Assembly (NCBI GenBank): GCA_963707025.1
Contig: CAVPOM010000004.1
Location: forward strand, 512,001 to 576,000
Source of the DNA: an uncultured Verrucomicrobiae bacterium
Lineage (GTDB): Bacteria; Verrucomicrobiota; Verrucomicrobiia; Limisphaerales; Palsa-1400
DNA length: 64,000 nt
Reading direction: 5' to 3'
The notes beneath the pieces are model-generated. The model was not told where the DNA came from. It saw only the letters and a program-made list of their open reading frames with translations, and searched no databases. The position numbers were made by a program, and so were the translations under genes. Positions 10,901 through 19,170 of this stretch are shown here, piece by piece (positions within the stretch are counted from its first letter, which is position 1; each line of letters begins with the position of its first letter).

Positions 10901-11078
10901 GCAATTCTCCATCAAAGGCGGACGCTTCATGCAATACGACCTCCAGGCCTCAACCGACCTGATGGCATGGTCGCCCCTCGGCACGGTGACGGTTACCAAT
11001 ATGAACGGCACGGTCCAGGTTGTTGATCCGGGCGCTTCCGGTTCGGATCACAGATTCTACAGGGCGGTGTCGCATTGA
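7923..11078 (+). CDS. Secreted protein: GloVer/TIGR03803-like repeats + Ig domain + FG-GAP repeats + ASPIC/UnbV-like + C-terminal FYR domain
   Basis: Signal peptide; repeated LVQASDGNFYGTT..GG....G.VFK units; FQTTALGSDPLAYQW Ig; repeated WGDYDNDGFLDL / NNGDGTF; HFGLG...LRIEWPSG; ends DLQASTDLMAW...DP...RFYR. Confidence 0.85.
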   Translation: MIMKTRISRCPGIPAVLRASATLLASVFVLARAYSQETLYSFTGAPGQFITLMLATNGDFYGTTSAGGTGGYGTVFTMTTNGDFTTLVSFANTNGSLPSKGGLIQASDGNFYGTTYNGGNLAQGGGLGLGTVFKMTPAGVLTRLHVFGGTDGGHPSAALVQASDGNFYGTTYWGGNLAHGGGSGLGAVFKITPAGVFTPLYAFSGTDGGHPDAGLVQGSDGTFYGTTYYGGDLAAPLGGGNGLGTVFSITTNGQFTLMVAFNGDNGGNPDAGLVKASDGNFYGTTYWGGDLTLNGGSGLGSAFQFTPDGGFTLLATFNATNGGHPSAGLAQGNDGNFYGTTYWGGDLTVNGGNGFGSVFKMTSDGTVTTLVAFTGGNGAYPYFGVLQASDGSLYGTTSQGGAGGGGTIYRLAIGPALNVSQQPGNLSVSLGANALFQTTALGSDPLAYQWRFNGTAIMDETNPAVTISNVQLTNAGSYTVVVTDISGSVTSRVATLQVDPAFTKITTGAIVTNVGTGTACAWGDYDNDGFIDLIVTSAYSTANHTAQSNLLFHNNGDGTFTQITGTDVTVEARDWRGCSWVDYDNDGFLDLYIVSTTDNGFTAENELFRNNGDGTFTKMTAGVAGDIVPGGGSSEGPVWADFDRDGFVDLYIARYGTGWLYRNNGDGTFAQVTDGAVADYQDNRGSYNAAWADYDNDGWPDLFVTSKNDTFQNGTNYLYHNDGAAGFSRVLSGPVVTDNEYSVGCAWGDYDNDGNLDLFVATGLNHLAGCSLYHNNGDGTFNKMSSNEVGSLVSDLAPFAQCAWGDFDNDGYLDLYVTVLLTTGVNRLYHNNGDGTFTRVTTGSLVNDVGPSVGCAWGDYDNDGFLDLFVARGGDTLPTANVLYRNNGNSNAWLRIKLVGTVSSRSAIGARVRAKASIGGKTFWQLREINTGDGFCAGPLETHFGLGNATNIDTLRIEWPSGAVQEFPNVAPRQILTITEPPQLLAGLSNGVPQFSIKGGRFMQYDLQASTDLMAWSPLGTVTVTNMNGTVQVVDPGASGSDHRFYRAVSH

Positions 11079-11148
11079 AGATTTTTCTTCCTGTGTGGGA
11101 AGAGAAAAGAACAGACCAAACAGAAACAAAAAACAAACAATGATACCT

Positions 11149-11733
11149 ATGAAAAGACTGAACATCTCATTCACTTCAAATCGGCTGATGCGAAAGCTCG
11201 CCACCTATCTGGCGGCCACCGCGACTGTCGCGATGGCCGGGCTGGCGGCTTCCGTCTGGCTGGGCCGTGCGGACGCCGCAGAACACCATGAGCAACGGGA
11301 CTCTGATAGACGGGCCGACGAATGGCTTTTAGCGACTTACGATGAGGCGCAGGTCGCCGAACTCAACCAGTTGTTGGCGGACTACCATGGAGCCCTCGCC
11401 TACGGTGGCAACATCACGGCGATGGCGAGCCTGTGGGCTGAGGACAGCACCCTTACGTTAAACAATGGCACCCCGTATGTTGGCAAAACCGCCGTGCTGG
11501 GCTTTTTCACCAGCAGCCCTTACTTTAGCCATAACTGGGTCTCCCTGGCGCCGGAGTGGAAAACCACGATCACGGTGCATGGCACTACGGCGGAAGCGAC
11601 CACGGAGTGCATTGCCACGGATCCGGTGGCCAACGTGATCAAGGGCGTCATCCAAGTCAATGTGATCGCTGAACAACGTCATGGCAAATGGGTCTTCATC
11701 TCCATGGATAATTTCACCGAGCCGCAAATCTGA
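11149..11733 (+). CDS. Exported NTF2/SnoaL-like protein
   Basis: Signal-like segment ending ADA; LNQLLADYH...MASLWAEDSTL...YVGKTAVLGFF...GKWVF pattern; start uncertain (11140/11149/11188). Confidence 0.7.
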   Translation: MKRLNISFTSNRLMRKLATYLAATATVAMAGLAASVWLGRADAAEHHEQRDSDRRADEWLLATYDEAQVAELNQLLADYHGALAYGGNITAMASLWAEDSTLTLNNGTPYVGKTAVLGFFTSSPYFSHNWVSLAPEWKTTITVHGTTAEATTECIATDPVANVIKGVIQVNVIAEQRHGKWVFISMDNFTEPQI

Positions 11734-11768
11734 AAGACACGGGATGTCGGGGGTTCCTTCGAGAAACC

Positions 11769-11803
11769 GGGAGCCGCGCAGACAACTGGTGGCTCCCTTT
11801 TTT
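11769..11803 (+). terminator. Intrinsic terminator
   Basis: Stem GGGAGCCGC/GTGGCTCCC followed by T6. Confidence 0.75.
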
Positions 11804-11938
11804 GTGGCAGCGGACTGCCGGTGTCAAGTGTCGTGGCTCGATGATTCCGGCGAAATCGCTGCCTGTCGTGCGCTCCGGCATGCGGTGGCGAACGAGCGGA
11901 GCTAGTTAACTCCTCGATTCATAAACATCACAAATTCT

Positions 11939-11968
11939 TGCAAGGATTCTCCCCTCGCATCGTTTAAG
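11939..11968 (+). promoter_or_regulatory. Putative ECF promoter, third copy
   Basis: TGCAAG-N16-CGTTTAAG upstream of ORF 12034 and the prepilin gene. Confidence 0.6.
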
Positions 11969-12033
11969 CGCCAGGAGTTCATAAAGCGATTGTGAATTGA
12001 AAACCAACAAGAACTCAGACGAATCAGAAAACT

Positions 12034-12222
12034 ATGAAAGCAAAAATCAACTTGCTCGCCTGGGCGAGCGGCCGGACGGTCGTGGTGGAAGCCTGCACGA
12101 ATCTGGCCAATCCCGTGTGGTTTCCAGTCGCCACAAACACCCTCGCTGGCGATTCGATCTATTTCAGCGATCCGGAATCGTCAAATTATCCCGGCCGCTT
12201 TTACCGGCTCCGCCCGCAGTGA
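12034..12222 (+). pseudogene. Internally deleted secreted-protein gene: start fused to isolated C-terminal FYR domain
   Basis: MKAKINLL joined directly to [20 protein letters not shown]...FSDP...GRFYRLRPQ; preceded by promoter and A-rich leader. Confidence 0.6.
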
Positions 12223-12254
12223 AGCAAATTCAACCACGAGAAAGGAATGTTAAA

Positions 12255-13124
12255 ATGAAAACTGAAATGCTACACTTGAGAATGCATTGTATCGGCAAGC
12301 GAACAGATCTGCACGACGCATCTTTTTCTCCGCAAACGGCGGAGGGAGGCTGCGCCGCGTTCACGCTCACCGAACTGCTCGTCGTCATAGCCATCATCGC
12401 GATTTTGGCGGGGCTGCTGCTGCCCGTGTTGTCCAAGGCCAAAGCCAGCAGCCAATCCACGTTCTGCATCAATAATCTCAGACAACTTCAGCTCGCCTGG
12501 AATTCGTACGTGAATGATAACCGGGACTTTTTCCCGCCCAATATCTCGATGTCAATCCAGGGACACCCGGAAAGCGTCTCCAACTCTTGGGTGCTGGGCA
12601 ATGTCCAATACGACACCGACACGTCGAACATCGTTGCCGGCTGTCTCTACCCCCGGGTCAACGCGACCCGCACCTTTTGCTGTCCGTCGGACAAGGCGAC
12701 GACCATCGGAACAACCAAAGTTCCGCACACGCGTTCTTACAGCGCCGACGCCTGGCTGGGGTCCGTTTTCCAGGTGTACGGTGTTTTTGAGCCGGACCCG
12801 GCCACCCACCCCCCTGGTTACACTTTCAAAACCAAGGCTACGTTCGTCACAACACCCGGCCCAGCGGAGGTCATCGTTTTCATTGACGACAACGAGCGGA
12901 CGATAGACGACGGCAACTTCGTGGTCGGGAGGATAAGCTGGTTTGACTATCCTGCCGACCGGCATAATCAGGGAGCCAACCTGTCGTTCCTCGACGGCCA
13001 TGTAGAGCACAAGCGCTGGGCGGCGCCAAAAACCGTCCACTTCTGGGCCTACGGCGCCGACCCGCAAGTCACCGGAGACGAGGCCGATCACGCCTGGCTG
13101 GTGGCGCGGTTTCCAACCAAATAG
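12255..13124 (+). CDS. Prepilin-type N-terminal cleavage/methylation protein with H-X9-DG motif
   Basis: [23 protein letters not shown]...CINNLRQL and [16 protein letters not shown]; start uncertain. Confidence 0.9.
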   Translation: MKTEMLHLRMHCIGKRTDLHDASFSPQTAEGGCAAFTLTELLVVIAIIAILAGLLLPVLSKAKASSQSTFCINNLRQLQLAWNSYVNDNRDFFPPNISMSIQGHPESVSNSWVLGNVQYDTDTSNIVAGCLYPRVNATRTFCCPSDKATTIGTTKVPHTRSYSADAWLGSVFQVYGVFEPDPATHPPGYTFKTKATFVTTPGPAEVIVFIDDNERTIDDGNFVVGRISWFDYPADRHNQGANLSFLDGHVEHKRWAAPKTVHFWAYGADPQVTGDEADHAWLVARFPTK

Positions 13125-13134
13125 AGGTGGCTTT

Positions 13135-15180
13135 TCATTTCCCGCCGGACCGCATCATCCTCGTGAATCCGATTTTCTGGAGGATGCCTTTGAAGCGCGG
13201 ATTGTCGCGCGGGCCGTCCCAGCATTCGTCAAAAAGCAGAGATGTCAAGGGGGTTTCGAAGCCGTCATCACGCTCATGCGTCTGATAGGATTTTTCGAGC
13301 CAGGACAGGGCTGAGTTGGTGTCGCCCAGGTGTATCTGCACAACCGCCTTCCAGTAGAAACCCAGATTCGGATTGTTCTCCGCCAAGCGCCATTCCTCCT
13401 GCCAATAGGCGCGCGCCCCGCCCAAGTTGTAAGCGCGGAGCAGATGGTCGAAGCGGTTGCTGACCGACGATGGGTTCTTCGTGTACAAAAGCGTGCTGGC
13501 TTTGAAATTCTCAATGGCGTTGGTATAGTCACCCTGCGCCAGATAGGCGCGCCCTAGGTAATTGTAGGCAATCCCATGATGAGGATCCCACTGCAACGTT
13601 TTTCGATACCACTTGATCGCGTTGGTAAAGTCGCGATCGGCATAGTAGGTGTGCGCCATGGCCCGGTAAATAGTGGCCTTCGACGGGAGAATATCCTGGC
13701 TGCATTTTAGCTGGCCGCGCGCTTTCTCCGTGCGGCCCCACAACGTCAGCATGAAGGCATACCACGTATGCGCGAGCTCGTAACTCGTGTCCGCCTTAAT
13801 CGCCTTTAAAGACGAGTCTTCCGCCAGCGGGAAATCCCAATCGTTGAATTCGAGGATGGAGGCGGCGCAATGGGCCGCCGCCGATTCGGGCGCCAGTTGG
13901 TTCAAGGCCTGGGCGATTTCCCGCAACTCGCGCTCCGTCATGGGGATGACATTCGGCGAATGTTCCCGCACCTTCAGTTCGAGCAAACCCGCGTAGGGCC
14001 GCGCGTACCGGGGGTCCAGTTTGATCGCGCGGACGAAATTCGTATATGCCTCCGCATACCGTTCATACGTGTCCCCGCGAATGATCAGCATTCCCCTGGC
14101 GCACAAGGCCGTTGCCATGTCGTTGGTTGAAGGCCCTCCGTCGGACCTTTCAGACCGTGCCACGAAGCTGTGTGAGACGCCGACAAAAGCTCCCGCCAGC
14201 AGCGCCACCACGGCCATGACCACACCCGCCTTCCTGGCCAAGACCCGGCGCTGTTGTAAAATCCTTCGGCGTTTGACTGAGTGACCCTGTTGCAACCGTT
14301 CCAAATCCGCAAGCATGTCCTCCACCTTGCCGTAGCGCGCGTGGGCATCCGTCGCGCAAGCGCGCAGCACGATTTCGTTCAATTCAAAAGCCGGTTTTGC
14401 GTCCGGCCAGGCGCCGATGTCTCGCGGCAACTTGGGATATTCCCGTCGGTCCAGACCCGTGACCGCCTCATAAACAACCCGGCCAAGGGCAAAGATATCC
14501 GCTTGCGGCGTGCCCGGTCCTTCCGGCGGCAGATACCCTTCGGTGCCGACAATCGAACGATTGTCGCTCATGTCCGTGACGAGGCCAATGTCCGCCAACT
14601 TCGGGCGGCCATTCACAAAAATAACATTCGAGGGTTTGACGTCGCGATGAACGAGGCCGTTGCGATGCAGGTGTCCGAGCGCCTGTGTCAGGACCGTGGC
14701 AATTTCCAACGCCTTTGCCGCCGGCACCCGACCCTGGCCCAGTTCCGCCCGGAGAGTGCGGGGAACGTAGGACTCAACGTTTTGGCCTCCATGCACGTCA
14801 TCCGCCAATTCCATCACGTAATAGAAATAGCCCGCTGCCTCATTGCGGCCAATATGGAAGAGCGCCAACTGGCTGGGATGCTCGCGGGAGATTTTCTCAA
14901 AACGTTGAATGCCCTCAAACTCGCGTTGATAAGGACGTTCGTCGTCAAAGGACCGCCGCGAAACAATTTTGGCCGCGCGCAGGACGCCGGTGGCTTTGCT
15001 GCGCGCCAGCCATACTTCGCCATACGCGCCGCCGCTGATGCGCCGGAGCAATTCGTAATCGGGAATCAGTGGCTGATCGGCCGGACCGGCCTTCCCGTCC
15101 CGCCTCACCGACGGCTGTCCCTGCACAGAGCCCGATTCGTCGGCACGCTCGTTGTTTCCAGTTATGCCTTGCTGATTCAT
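13135..15180 (-). CDS. Hanks-type Ser/Thr protein kinase with TM helix and C-terminal TPR domain
   Basis: GGAYGEV loop, AAK, HRDVKPSN, DIG (DFG variant), GTEGYLPPE; TM AGVVMAVVALLAGAFVGV; TPRs. Confidence 0.9.
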   Translation of the reverse strand: MNQQGITGNNERADESGSVQGQPSVRRDGKAGPADQPLIPDYELLRRISGGAYGEVWLARSKATGVLRAAKIVSRRSFDDERPYQREFEGIQRFEKISREHPSQLALFHIGRNEAAGYFYYVMELADDVHGGQNVESYVPRTLRAELGQGRVPAAKALEIATVLTQALGHLHRNGLVHRDVKPSNVIFVNGRPKLADIGLVTDMSDNRSIVGTEGYLPPEGPGTPQADIFALGRVVYEAVTGLDRREYPKLPRDIGAWPDAKPAFELNEIVLRACATDAHARYGKVEDMLADLERLQQGHSVKRRRILQQRRVLARKAGVVMAVVALLAGAFVGVSHSFVARSERSDGGPSTNDMATALCARGMLIIRGDTYERYAEAYTNFVRAIKLDPRYARPYAGLLELKVREHSPNVIPMTERELREIAQALNQLAPESAAAHCAASILEFNDWDFPLAEDSSLKAIKADTSYELAHTWYAFMLTLWGRTEKARGQLKCSQDILPSKATIYRAMAHTYYADRDFTNAIKWYRKTLQWDPHHGIAYNYLGRAYLAQGDYTNAIENFKASTLLYTKNPSSVSNRFDHLLRAYNLGGARAYWQEEWRLAENNPNLGFYWKAVVQIHLGDTNSALSWLEKSYQTHERDDGFETPLTSLLFDECWDGPRDNPRFKGILQKIGFTRMMRSGGK

Positions 15181-15325
15181 GAGCGAACGCGGAAATATGG
15201 CACCCCTGTTGCCTCATTGCGAGATTTAGATGGACGAAGAATTCGTAGGAAGCTGGCGGCTTGCCGAAATGCGAAAGGGAATTGGAGTGTTGACAGTGCT
15301 CGCAGACCGCCAAACAACCCTCACT

Positions 15326-15347
15326 TTACTGCACTCTTACTGCACTC
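15326..15347. repeat. Tandem 11-bp repeat, candidate integrase arm-type sites
   Basis: TTACTGCACTC x2 adjacent to the IHF site of att 2. Confidence 0.55.
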
Positions 15348-15348
15348 A

Positions 15349-15400
15349 TTCGTAACTGCTTGATAATCAATGGAGCGGGTGAAGCGAATCGAACCCTCGT
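15349..15400 (-). repeat. att-like site 2: tRNA-Gly 3' fragment (15371-15400) plus IHF consensus site
   Basis: Same 41-bp core as 6834-6874; minus strand TATCAAGCAGTTA fits WATCAANNNNTTR. Confidence 0.85.
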
Positions 15401-15501
15401 CTCAAGGTGTGGGGCCACTCTTTGAATAGGCAAGCATGTCCGATGAACCCTTTCGATTGAATTCGCTGGTTTTTGGCGTCCACACATAGTATCAGCACTC
15501 C

Positions 15502-16788
15502 ATGAAACTCATCCCTCTCGCGCTGCTGACCCCGATGATCACGTTGGCCAGCGATTTCCCTGCGCCTTCGTCCTTGCCCGTCGTGTCCACGCTGCCAGAT
15601 CCGCTCGTGGCGCGCGATGGCACCGTGATCAAGACGCGCGAGCAATGGGAGAACATGCGTCGGCCCGAGCTGCGCGCGCTGTTTGAGCACTATATGTATG
15701 GCCAGCAGCCGGCGAAGCCGGCTGGGACAGGTGTCAAGCTGCGGGTCGAGGACAAGGCTGCCTTGGGCGGTGCGGCGACCCTGCGGGAATTTGATGTGGA
15801 ACTCGGGCTGGAAAGACCGGCGCGCTTGCTGGTGGTGACGCCCAATGGGAAGTCCGCGCCGGCGCCCTGTTTCCTCGGACTAAACTTTGGCGGCAATCAC
15901 CAGTTACTCGACCACCCCGGCATTGCCGTGCCAGAGACTTTGGTGCAGCGCGGAGACGGTACTGGGGGCGTTGGGGCTGCGGGTCAGGATCGGGGCAAGG
16001 AAACCGACGTTTGGAACATCGCCCAATCCATCCAGCGCGGTTACGCAGTCGCCAGCTTTTTCCAGGGCGACGTGGTGCCGGATGATCCGGCGAGCGCCGA
16101 ACCTATCCTCCGCCGGCTCAGCGGCAGCCCGGCGACGGAGCGCGGCCCGGCCGACACGGCCACGATCATGGCGTGGGCCTGGGGTTTCTCGCGGATGCTC
16201 GATGCGCTGGAAACGCTGCCGGAGATTGATGCCAGGCGCGTCGCCACCGTCGGCCACTCCCGTAATGGCAAGACCGCCCTCCTCGCGGCCGCTTTCGACG
16301 AACGCTTTGCCCTGGCGATTGCCAGTCAGGCCGGCTGCGGCGGCAGCGCGCCTTCCCGGGTGGCACCCGAGTTGGCGAAACCCAATGCCCAAGGCCGACC
16401 AATCGTGGAAACGCTGGCCATGATTAACAAGAACTTTCCGCACTGGTTTGCGGGGAACTTCAAAGCCTTCAATGACCAGCCGGCCCGATTGCCTTTTGAC
16501 CAGCACTGCCTGATTGCCCTGTGCGCGCCGCGGCCGGTCCTGCTCTCCTGCGCCAGTGAAGACCTTTGGGCAAATCCCGCCGGTCAATTCGAGATGCTCC
16601 GGGCGGCCGATCCGGTCTATCGCCTGGTGGCAGGCGACGGCCTGGGCGCACGGGAAAAGCCGGAAATCGGCAAGTTGTTGCCCAGCCGGCTCGGTTACTT
16701 CATTCGAGAAGGCAAACACTCCATGAACGGGGTGGATTGGGCGGCTTGGCTGGACTACGCGGACCTCTGGTTGCGCGCGAAGCGGTGA
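15502..16788 (+). CDS. CE15 glucuronoyl esterase-like alpha/beta hydrolase
   Basis: LPDPL, AWAWGFSRMLD, nucleophile motif GHSRNGK, FDQHCLIALCAPRP, EDLWANP, GKHSM. Confidence 0.85.
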   Translation: MKLIPLALLTPMITLASDFPAPSSLPVVSTLPDPLVARDGTVIKTREQWENMRRPELRALFEHYMYGQQPAKPAGTGVKLRVEDKAALGGAATLREFDVELGLERPARLLVVTPNGKSAPAPCFLGLNFGGNHQLLDHPGIAVPETLVQRGDGTGGVGAAGQDRGKETDVWNIAQSIQRGYAVASFFQGDVVPDDPASAEPILRRLSGSPATERGPADTATIMAWAWGFSRMLDALETLPEIDARRVATVGHSRNGKTALLAAAFDERFALAIASQAGCGGSAPSRVAPELAKPNAQGRPIVETLAMINKNFPHWFAGNFKAFNDQPARLPFDQHCLIALCAPRPVLLSCASEDLWANPAGQFEMLRAADPVYRLVAGDGLGAREKPEIGKLLPSRLGYFIREGKHSMNGVDWAAWLDYADLWLRAKR

Positions 16789-16850
16789 TGGTTGTGGGCC
16801 GCGGCGAGGACAGGATGCAATCTGGGCAGTTGACAGTGAAGCAGGTCTTT

Positions 16851-16984
16851 TAGGGCGGTTTACGAAATTTATATCCCTAAATGAGAATGGCAGGGCGCGC
16901 ACTCCGTGCGGGCCGCAGCGGGCAATCCCGGCCTGCCGGGACCCTGCGGCGTAATGCGGCTACAGTATTTGTGAAACCGCTTTA
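16851..16984. repeat. MITE/REP-like dispersed repeat, copy 2 (TA-bounded, imperfect TIRs)
   Basis: Left TAGGGCGGTTTACGAAAT vs reverse-complemented right end TAAAGCGGTTTCACAAAT (13/18); lies between convergent genes. Confidence 0.75.
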
Positions 16985-17078
16985 GCCGGAATGGCCCGGG
17001 CCTTGGAAGAACAACGCCATCAACTGGCATTTCTCCGCCCTGTTCACTTCACGCCAGGTCCAGACAAACAGCGAGGTC

Positions 17079-18266
17079 CTACAGCCCGTGCCAGGCAATT
17101 TCCAGGGCCATGACGGAATAGGACGTCACGAGCACCGGATCGCGCTCCATCCAGCGCTCGTTTTCATTCCTCCAGGAACCGTCGGTTTGTTGCAGCTTCA
17201 TCAGCTTCGACACCAGTTGTCTCCGCCAGTCCACCGACTGGCCGTCCTTGAGCGGCAATTGGTTGACCCCATAGACCGAGAGCGCCTTGCTCATCATCTG
17301 TAAATAATAATAATAGCCCGACGCACCCATGCCCGGATTCTCGTCCAGCGTGTAATTATTGCGCAGCCAGTCAAACGCCGCCGTCACCCTGGGATCATCC
17401 CGCTTCAGATCGGCGTAAATGTAACTCAGGAAACCGGCGTAGGTGATGGTGCCGTAGGACCGGAAAGTCACCCGGCCGGCGGCGTTCGTGTCGCTGCCGG
17501 CCGAACTGCGCCCGGGGAAATAAATGAAGCCGCCCTTGTTTTTCGCGTCGTCCGAGGCCCACGGTTGCTGGTTCACAGCAGGCAGATTCTGGCACCGCTC
17601 GATGAAATGGATGGCCGCCTCCCAATTCAAATCCTTGACGCCAACGAGCGGCTGGTCCTTCACCAGGTCCTTGCTGTAATAAAGGGCCTCCAGCGCGGTG
17701 TAGGTGTTGTTCATGTCCGTGTGCGGCCCGGTGGCGCTGCTGCCGTAGCCCACGCCGCCGTCGAAGGGCGAACCGGTGTTCTCCTTCCCGCCGGCCTGCT
17801 GGCCTATGATCCATTGCCTGGCCCGCAACGCCACCGCGTCATACTCCGGTTTGTGGGCCGCCAGCAGCGCCATCAGGCAGATGGACGTGTTGTAATTCTC
17901 ATCTTCCTTGGCGTAGATCCCGCCGTCAGGCTTGACGCTGGCAAGAATGAATTTGTAGCCGCGCGCCACCGTCTCCGGCGCGCGCTCCGCGGCGTGCGGG
18001 GAAGGATTGCCCATAAACGCGCTCACCGCCAGCGCCGTCAACGCCGGATGCTCGGGAGTGGACCACCAGCCGTTGCTGTTTTGACTTGACTGCAACCAAA
18101 GCAGCCCGCGGTCAATGGCAAGCTGGACCTCGTTGCGATAGGAAATGTCCGGCGGCGGCAGGACGGACGCGGCTTGGCCCGCGGCACGAGGGATGCAAAC
18201 CGGCCAAAGCACGGTCAGAATCACCATCGGGAGGATGCTTTTGACTGTTAAAATGCGGTTCTTCAC
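17079..18266 (-). CDS. Exported prenyltransferase/squalene-cyclase-repeat (QW motif) protein
   Basis: RGLLWLQSSQNSNGWW, LMKLQQTDGSW repeats; signal-like N-terminus; no DXDD; start uncertain. Confidence 0.75.
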   Translation of the reverse strand: MKNRILTVKSILPMVILTVLWPVCIPRAAGQAASVLPPPDISYRNEVQLAIDRGLLWLQSSQNSNGWWSTPEHPALTALAVSAFMGNPSPHAAERAPETVARGYKFILASVKPDGGIYAKEDENYNTSICLMALLAAHKPEYDAVALRARQWIIGQQAGGKENTGSPFDGGVGYGSSATGPHTDMNNTYTALEALYYSKDLVKDQPLVGVKDLNWEAAIHFIERCQNLPAVNQQPWASDDAKNKGGFIYFPGRSSAGSDTNAAGRVTFRSYGTITYAGFLSYIYADLKRDDPRVTAAFDWLRNNYTLDENPGMGASGYYYYLQMMSKALSVYGVNQLPLKDGQSVDWRRQLVSKLMKLQQTDGSWRNENERWMERDPVLVTSYSVMALEIAWHGL

Positions 18267-18340
18267 AACTTTCAGATTCAACACGATTAAACCCTCCCAA
18301 GCCGGCGCGCCACGCCGCCGGATTTCCACTTGACTGAGCC

Positions 18341-18904
18341 TCAGGGCGGCGCTTGTGCCGTCTGCAACACCGCCATCATGGCTGCCCGCGCCTTGGAAGC
18401 GTCGTCGGCCTCCCCATGCACGCAGCCGGCAAACACGCGCCCGCCCGTCGCGAACAGGACCACCTCCGCGTTGCCCGGATCGCCATCATCGGCCTCGTTG
18501 CCCGATCCAATGACATGCTTGGCGGGCACGCCCGCGACAACCATGTCCATGATGGACGCGGTCTTGAACTTGACAAACTCGCTCTTAATAACCTCCGCCA
18601 CGCCGGGAATCGCGTCGTTGACCGTCTTGGCCTTGGGCACGGCCCAGACGTAAAGCGTCAAATTGGTGGCCTGAAGATGGAGGTAACCATTGGTTGTTGT
18701 TACTTTGGCCGCCGCCGGAACCTTCAGAACCAGCGCCGGTCTGCCGTCCACTGACAGCGTGGCGCTGGTGCCCTCCGACGCAGAGATGGTGGCTTGGCCA
18801 CTGTCAGTCTGGCATCCGCTGGCGCAGCACGCGATGATGAAGGCGGAAGCGATGAGGCGCAGTGTGTTCAAGGCGGCGCGGCTGTTTGAGGCTGCCATTG
18901 TCAT
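18341..18904 (-). CDS. Hypothetical lipoprotein
   Basis: Hydrophobic stretch ending in lipobox-like ASG/C; upstream ORF extension looks non-coding. Confidence 0.6.
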   Translation of the reverse strand: MTMAASNSRAALNTLRLIASAFIIACCASGCQTDSGQATISASEGTSATLSVDGRPALVLKVPAAAKVTTTNGYLHLQATNLTLYVWAVPKAKTVNDAIPGVAEVIKSEFVKFKTASIMDMVVAGVPAKHVIGSGNEADDGDPGNAEVVLFATGGRVFAGCVHGEADDASKARAAMMAVLQTAQAPP

Positions 18905-19113
18905 AGACTGGGATTTCCCATTTGATTTCTTGCCCACGACCGGCGTGGGCCTTTTTTTGACTTTGTTCCTTCCACACAGGTTTGCAAGCCATTTTCCCAG
19001 TCCGGCCTCGATTTTTCTCCAGCAAAGGGGTGTGCCGATGCCTTTTCGTGCTCCCAACCCCTTTTTTCTTGCGGATCTGAAGACACCTCTTCCGTGGTTT
19101 CCATTGTGTTCAT
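18901..19113 (-). CDS. Possible small protein (70 aa)
   Basis: GGAG RBS before ATG; stop overlaps next start as ATGA; no recognisable domain. Confidence 0.3.
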   Translation of the reverse strand: MNTMETTEEVSSDPQEKRGWEHEKASAHPFAGEKSRPDWENGLQTCVEGTKSKKGPRRSWARNQMGNPSL

Positions 19114-19170
19114 GCGGCTCCAACTTAGGTCAATCACGTTGTCTTGTGAAACGAATATGGGAAATCCGGT

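Larger units (their letters stand above)
6834..15400. mobile_element. Putative integrase-less integrative cassette (8526-bp unit) bounded by direct repeats
   Basis: 41-bp identical direct repeats, AT-rich inner flanks, arm-like repeats; no recombinase ORF inside. Confidence 0.65.

Noticed and set aside
11997..12254. N-terminal extension of the prepilin ORF
   Set aside because: Overlaps the FYR-domain remnant, which is the protein-like frame
15371..15450. Complete tRNA-Gly gene
   Set aside because: Only the 3' 30 nt match; no 5' acceptor strand or D-arm at the expected distance (same at 6845)
17079..18329. Squalene-hopene cyclase
   Set aside because: Too short, has a signal-like N-terminus and lacks the DXDD motif
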